799 bases of DNA from Escherichia coli (GTDB taxonomy: Bacteria > Pseudomonadota > Gammaproteobacteria > Enterobacterales > Enterobacteriaceae): NCBI RefSeq assembly GCF_003334815.1, contig NZ_QOWO01000118.1; one strand, given 5' to 3'. A model generated the notes under the pieces. That model ran no database searches. It was not told the origin of the DNA and was given only the letters and a program-made list of their open reading frames with translations. Numbering within the stretch: position 1 is the first letter of the stretch; the number at the start of each line of letters is the position of its first letter. This document shows positions 1 to 799 of this stretch, piece after piece. A program made the translations under genes and the position numbers.

Positions 1-799
1 TAGTTTCTGTCCATGGCTGCTTTTCGCATCTTACGTCTTAACCCTGCCTTGAATACCTTATCATTCGTCAAAATATTAATAGCAATGTGCCGTATCCCTG
101 AAAATAATTCTGCTGCATTTCCTCTTCTTATTTTGCAGTCGTCTTCATTCATTACCACGTCCAGACGCCAGTGCAGCTTATTCTCCACGTGCCAGTGGTT
201 TCGGATTGCTGTGGCGAACTTCTCTGCGGTTAAATCAGCAGAACTGATATAATATCTGACCGTCATTTCTAGCTCTTTCTTTTGTTCTGCTATTATGGAC
301 CGAAAGGAGACTGCCACGCATAATTTCTTCAGCCCTTTCCATTCAAACGTGAAATCAATAAGTTCATCAGGGACATCGCAAACAATATGAAGACGGATTT
401 CTTCTCTGCCGTGACTCTTTTCACTCATTGCGTAACTGTCATGCTCTGGATTATTTAATTCTTTCAGCGGAAATTTTTCCTCAAAGGCTTTATTTAGCCG
501 CCCCTGGTTTCCTTTTACCGCGAATAAATAATCACCTCCCTGTTTTTGTATCTTCTCTGCAATATCTTTCTGGCAACCCATCGCATCAGTTGTGATGATT
601 TTTCCTTTAATATCCAGCATGTTAAGAAGTTCTGGGATAGCTGTAATCTCATTAGATTTCTCATCCGTCTTGATCTGTCCGATGACCAGACTGTGCATTG
701 TTGAGAACGCACTAATGACATGAATCGCTCCCCTGCGGCGACTCTTGTCATAAGAGTGCCGGAGCGTTTTTCCATCAATTGCAATGACGTCTTTATCAT
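1..799 (-). CDS. ISAs1-family DDE transposase (H-repeat-associated protein, ISEc1-like); internal fragment, truncated by the window at both ends
   Basis: Seen in sequence: reverse-complement frame with codons at + coords 797..3 translates to 265 aa with no stop: [265 protein letters not shown]. Chance of 265 stop-free codons in random sequence is roughly (61/64)^265, about 3e-6. Established knowledge: the motifs [25 protein letters not shown] and [20 protein letters not shown] are characteristic of ISAs1-family transposases, including the E. coli H-repeat proteins (YhhI/YdcC/YbfD/YbfL type). This recognition is from memory, not a database search. Full-length family members are about 370-380 aa, so roughly 100 aa of N-terminus lie beyond position 799 and a short C-terminal tail lies beyond position 1. 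No gene symbol given because the near-identical paralogs cannot be told apart from this fragment. Confidence 0.93.
1..799 (-). mobile_element. Internal portion of an ISAs1-family insertion sequence (H-repeat / ISEc1-like); no element termini inside the window
   Basis: The window is entirely occupied by the transposase gene of this IS family. Established knowledge: these elements are about 1.2-1.3 kb with a single transposase ORF filling most of the element, so the inverted-repeat ends would lie outside this window. None were looked for or seen inside it. Confidence 0.85.

Noticed and set aside
13-252. Track ORF on the plus strand, 79 aa ([32 protein letters not shown]...)
   Set aside because: It is antisense to, and entirely embedded in, the conserved transposase coding region. 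It is short with no recognisable domain. Antisense shadow ORFs are common opposite long genes.
225-253. Plus-strand tataat hexamer at 248..253, which could be a sigma70 -10 box
   Set aside because: The best -35 candidate at the correct 17-bp spacing (tgcggt, 225..230) is a poor match to ttgaca. The site lies inside the transposase coding region on the antisense strand, and a perfect tataat is expected by chance in roughly 42% GC DNA. No support for a real promoter.
515-799. Track ORF on the minus strand, 94 aa ([27 protein letters not shown]...), starting at the ATG at 797..799
   Set aside because: It is on the same strand as the transposase but in a different frame. Its ATG is formed by the last two bases of an upstream codon plus the first base of the gat codon at 797..795. 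The translation is R/S-rich with no recognisable motifs, whereas the neighbouring frame carries conserved transposase motifs and stays open across the whole window. ISAs1-family transposases are single-ORF and are not known to use programmed frameshifting, so this is a shadow ORF.
1-799. Terminal inverted repeats or target-site duplications marking the IS ends
   Set aside because: None are visible, and none are expected because the window is internal to the transposase gene. The element boundaries must lie outside the window, so no insertion site or IS end is claimed.
1-799. A novel or undescribed system (defence system, toxin-antitoxin pair, CRISPR array, RNA gene) hidden in the window
   Set aside because: A single well-known IS transposase reading frame explains every base of the window. 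There is no intergenic space, no direct-repeat array, no structured-RNA-like region and no second credible ORF. Claiming a novel system would not be supported by the sequence.

Overview
The whole 799-bp window lies inside a single gene: a minus-strand ISAs1-family DDE transposase (the H-repeat / ISEc1-like type known from enterobacterial Rhs elements and O-antigen clusters). It is open at both window edges, so neither its start nor its stop is visible. Reading the reverse complement from + position 797 down to 3 gives 265 consecutive sense codons with no stop. The ORF track misses this gene because it apparently lists only ORFs with an ATG and a stop inside the window; both ORFs it does list (13..252 + and 515..799 -) are out-of-frame or antisense shadows of the transposase. 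All three putative DDE catalytic residues fall inside the window and the frame is intact, so this looks like a functional copy rather than a decayed one, at least over this stretch. GC content is about 42% by hand count. I see no evidence for a novel or undescribed system here: one known mobile-element gene explains the entire window, and no IS ends, cargo genes, RNA genes, repeats or CRISPR features are present.
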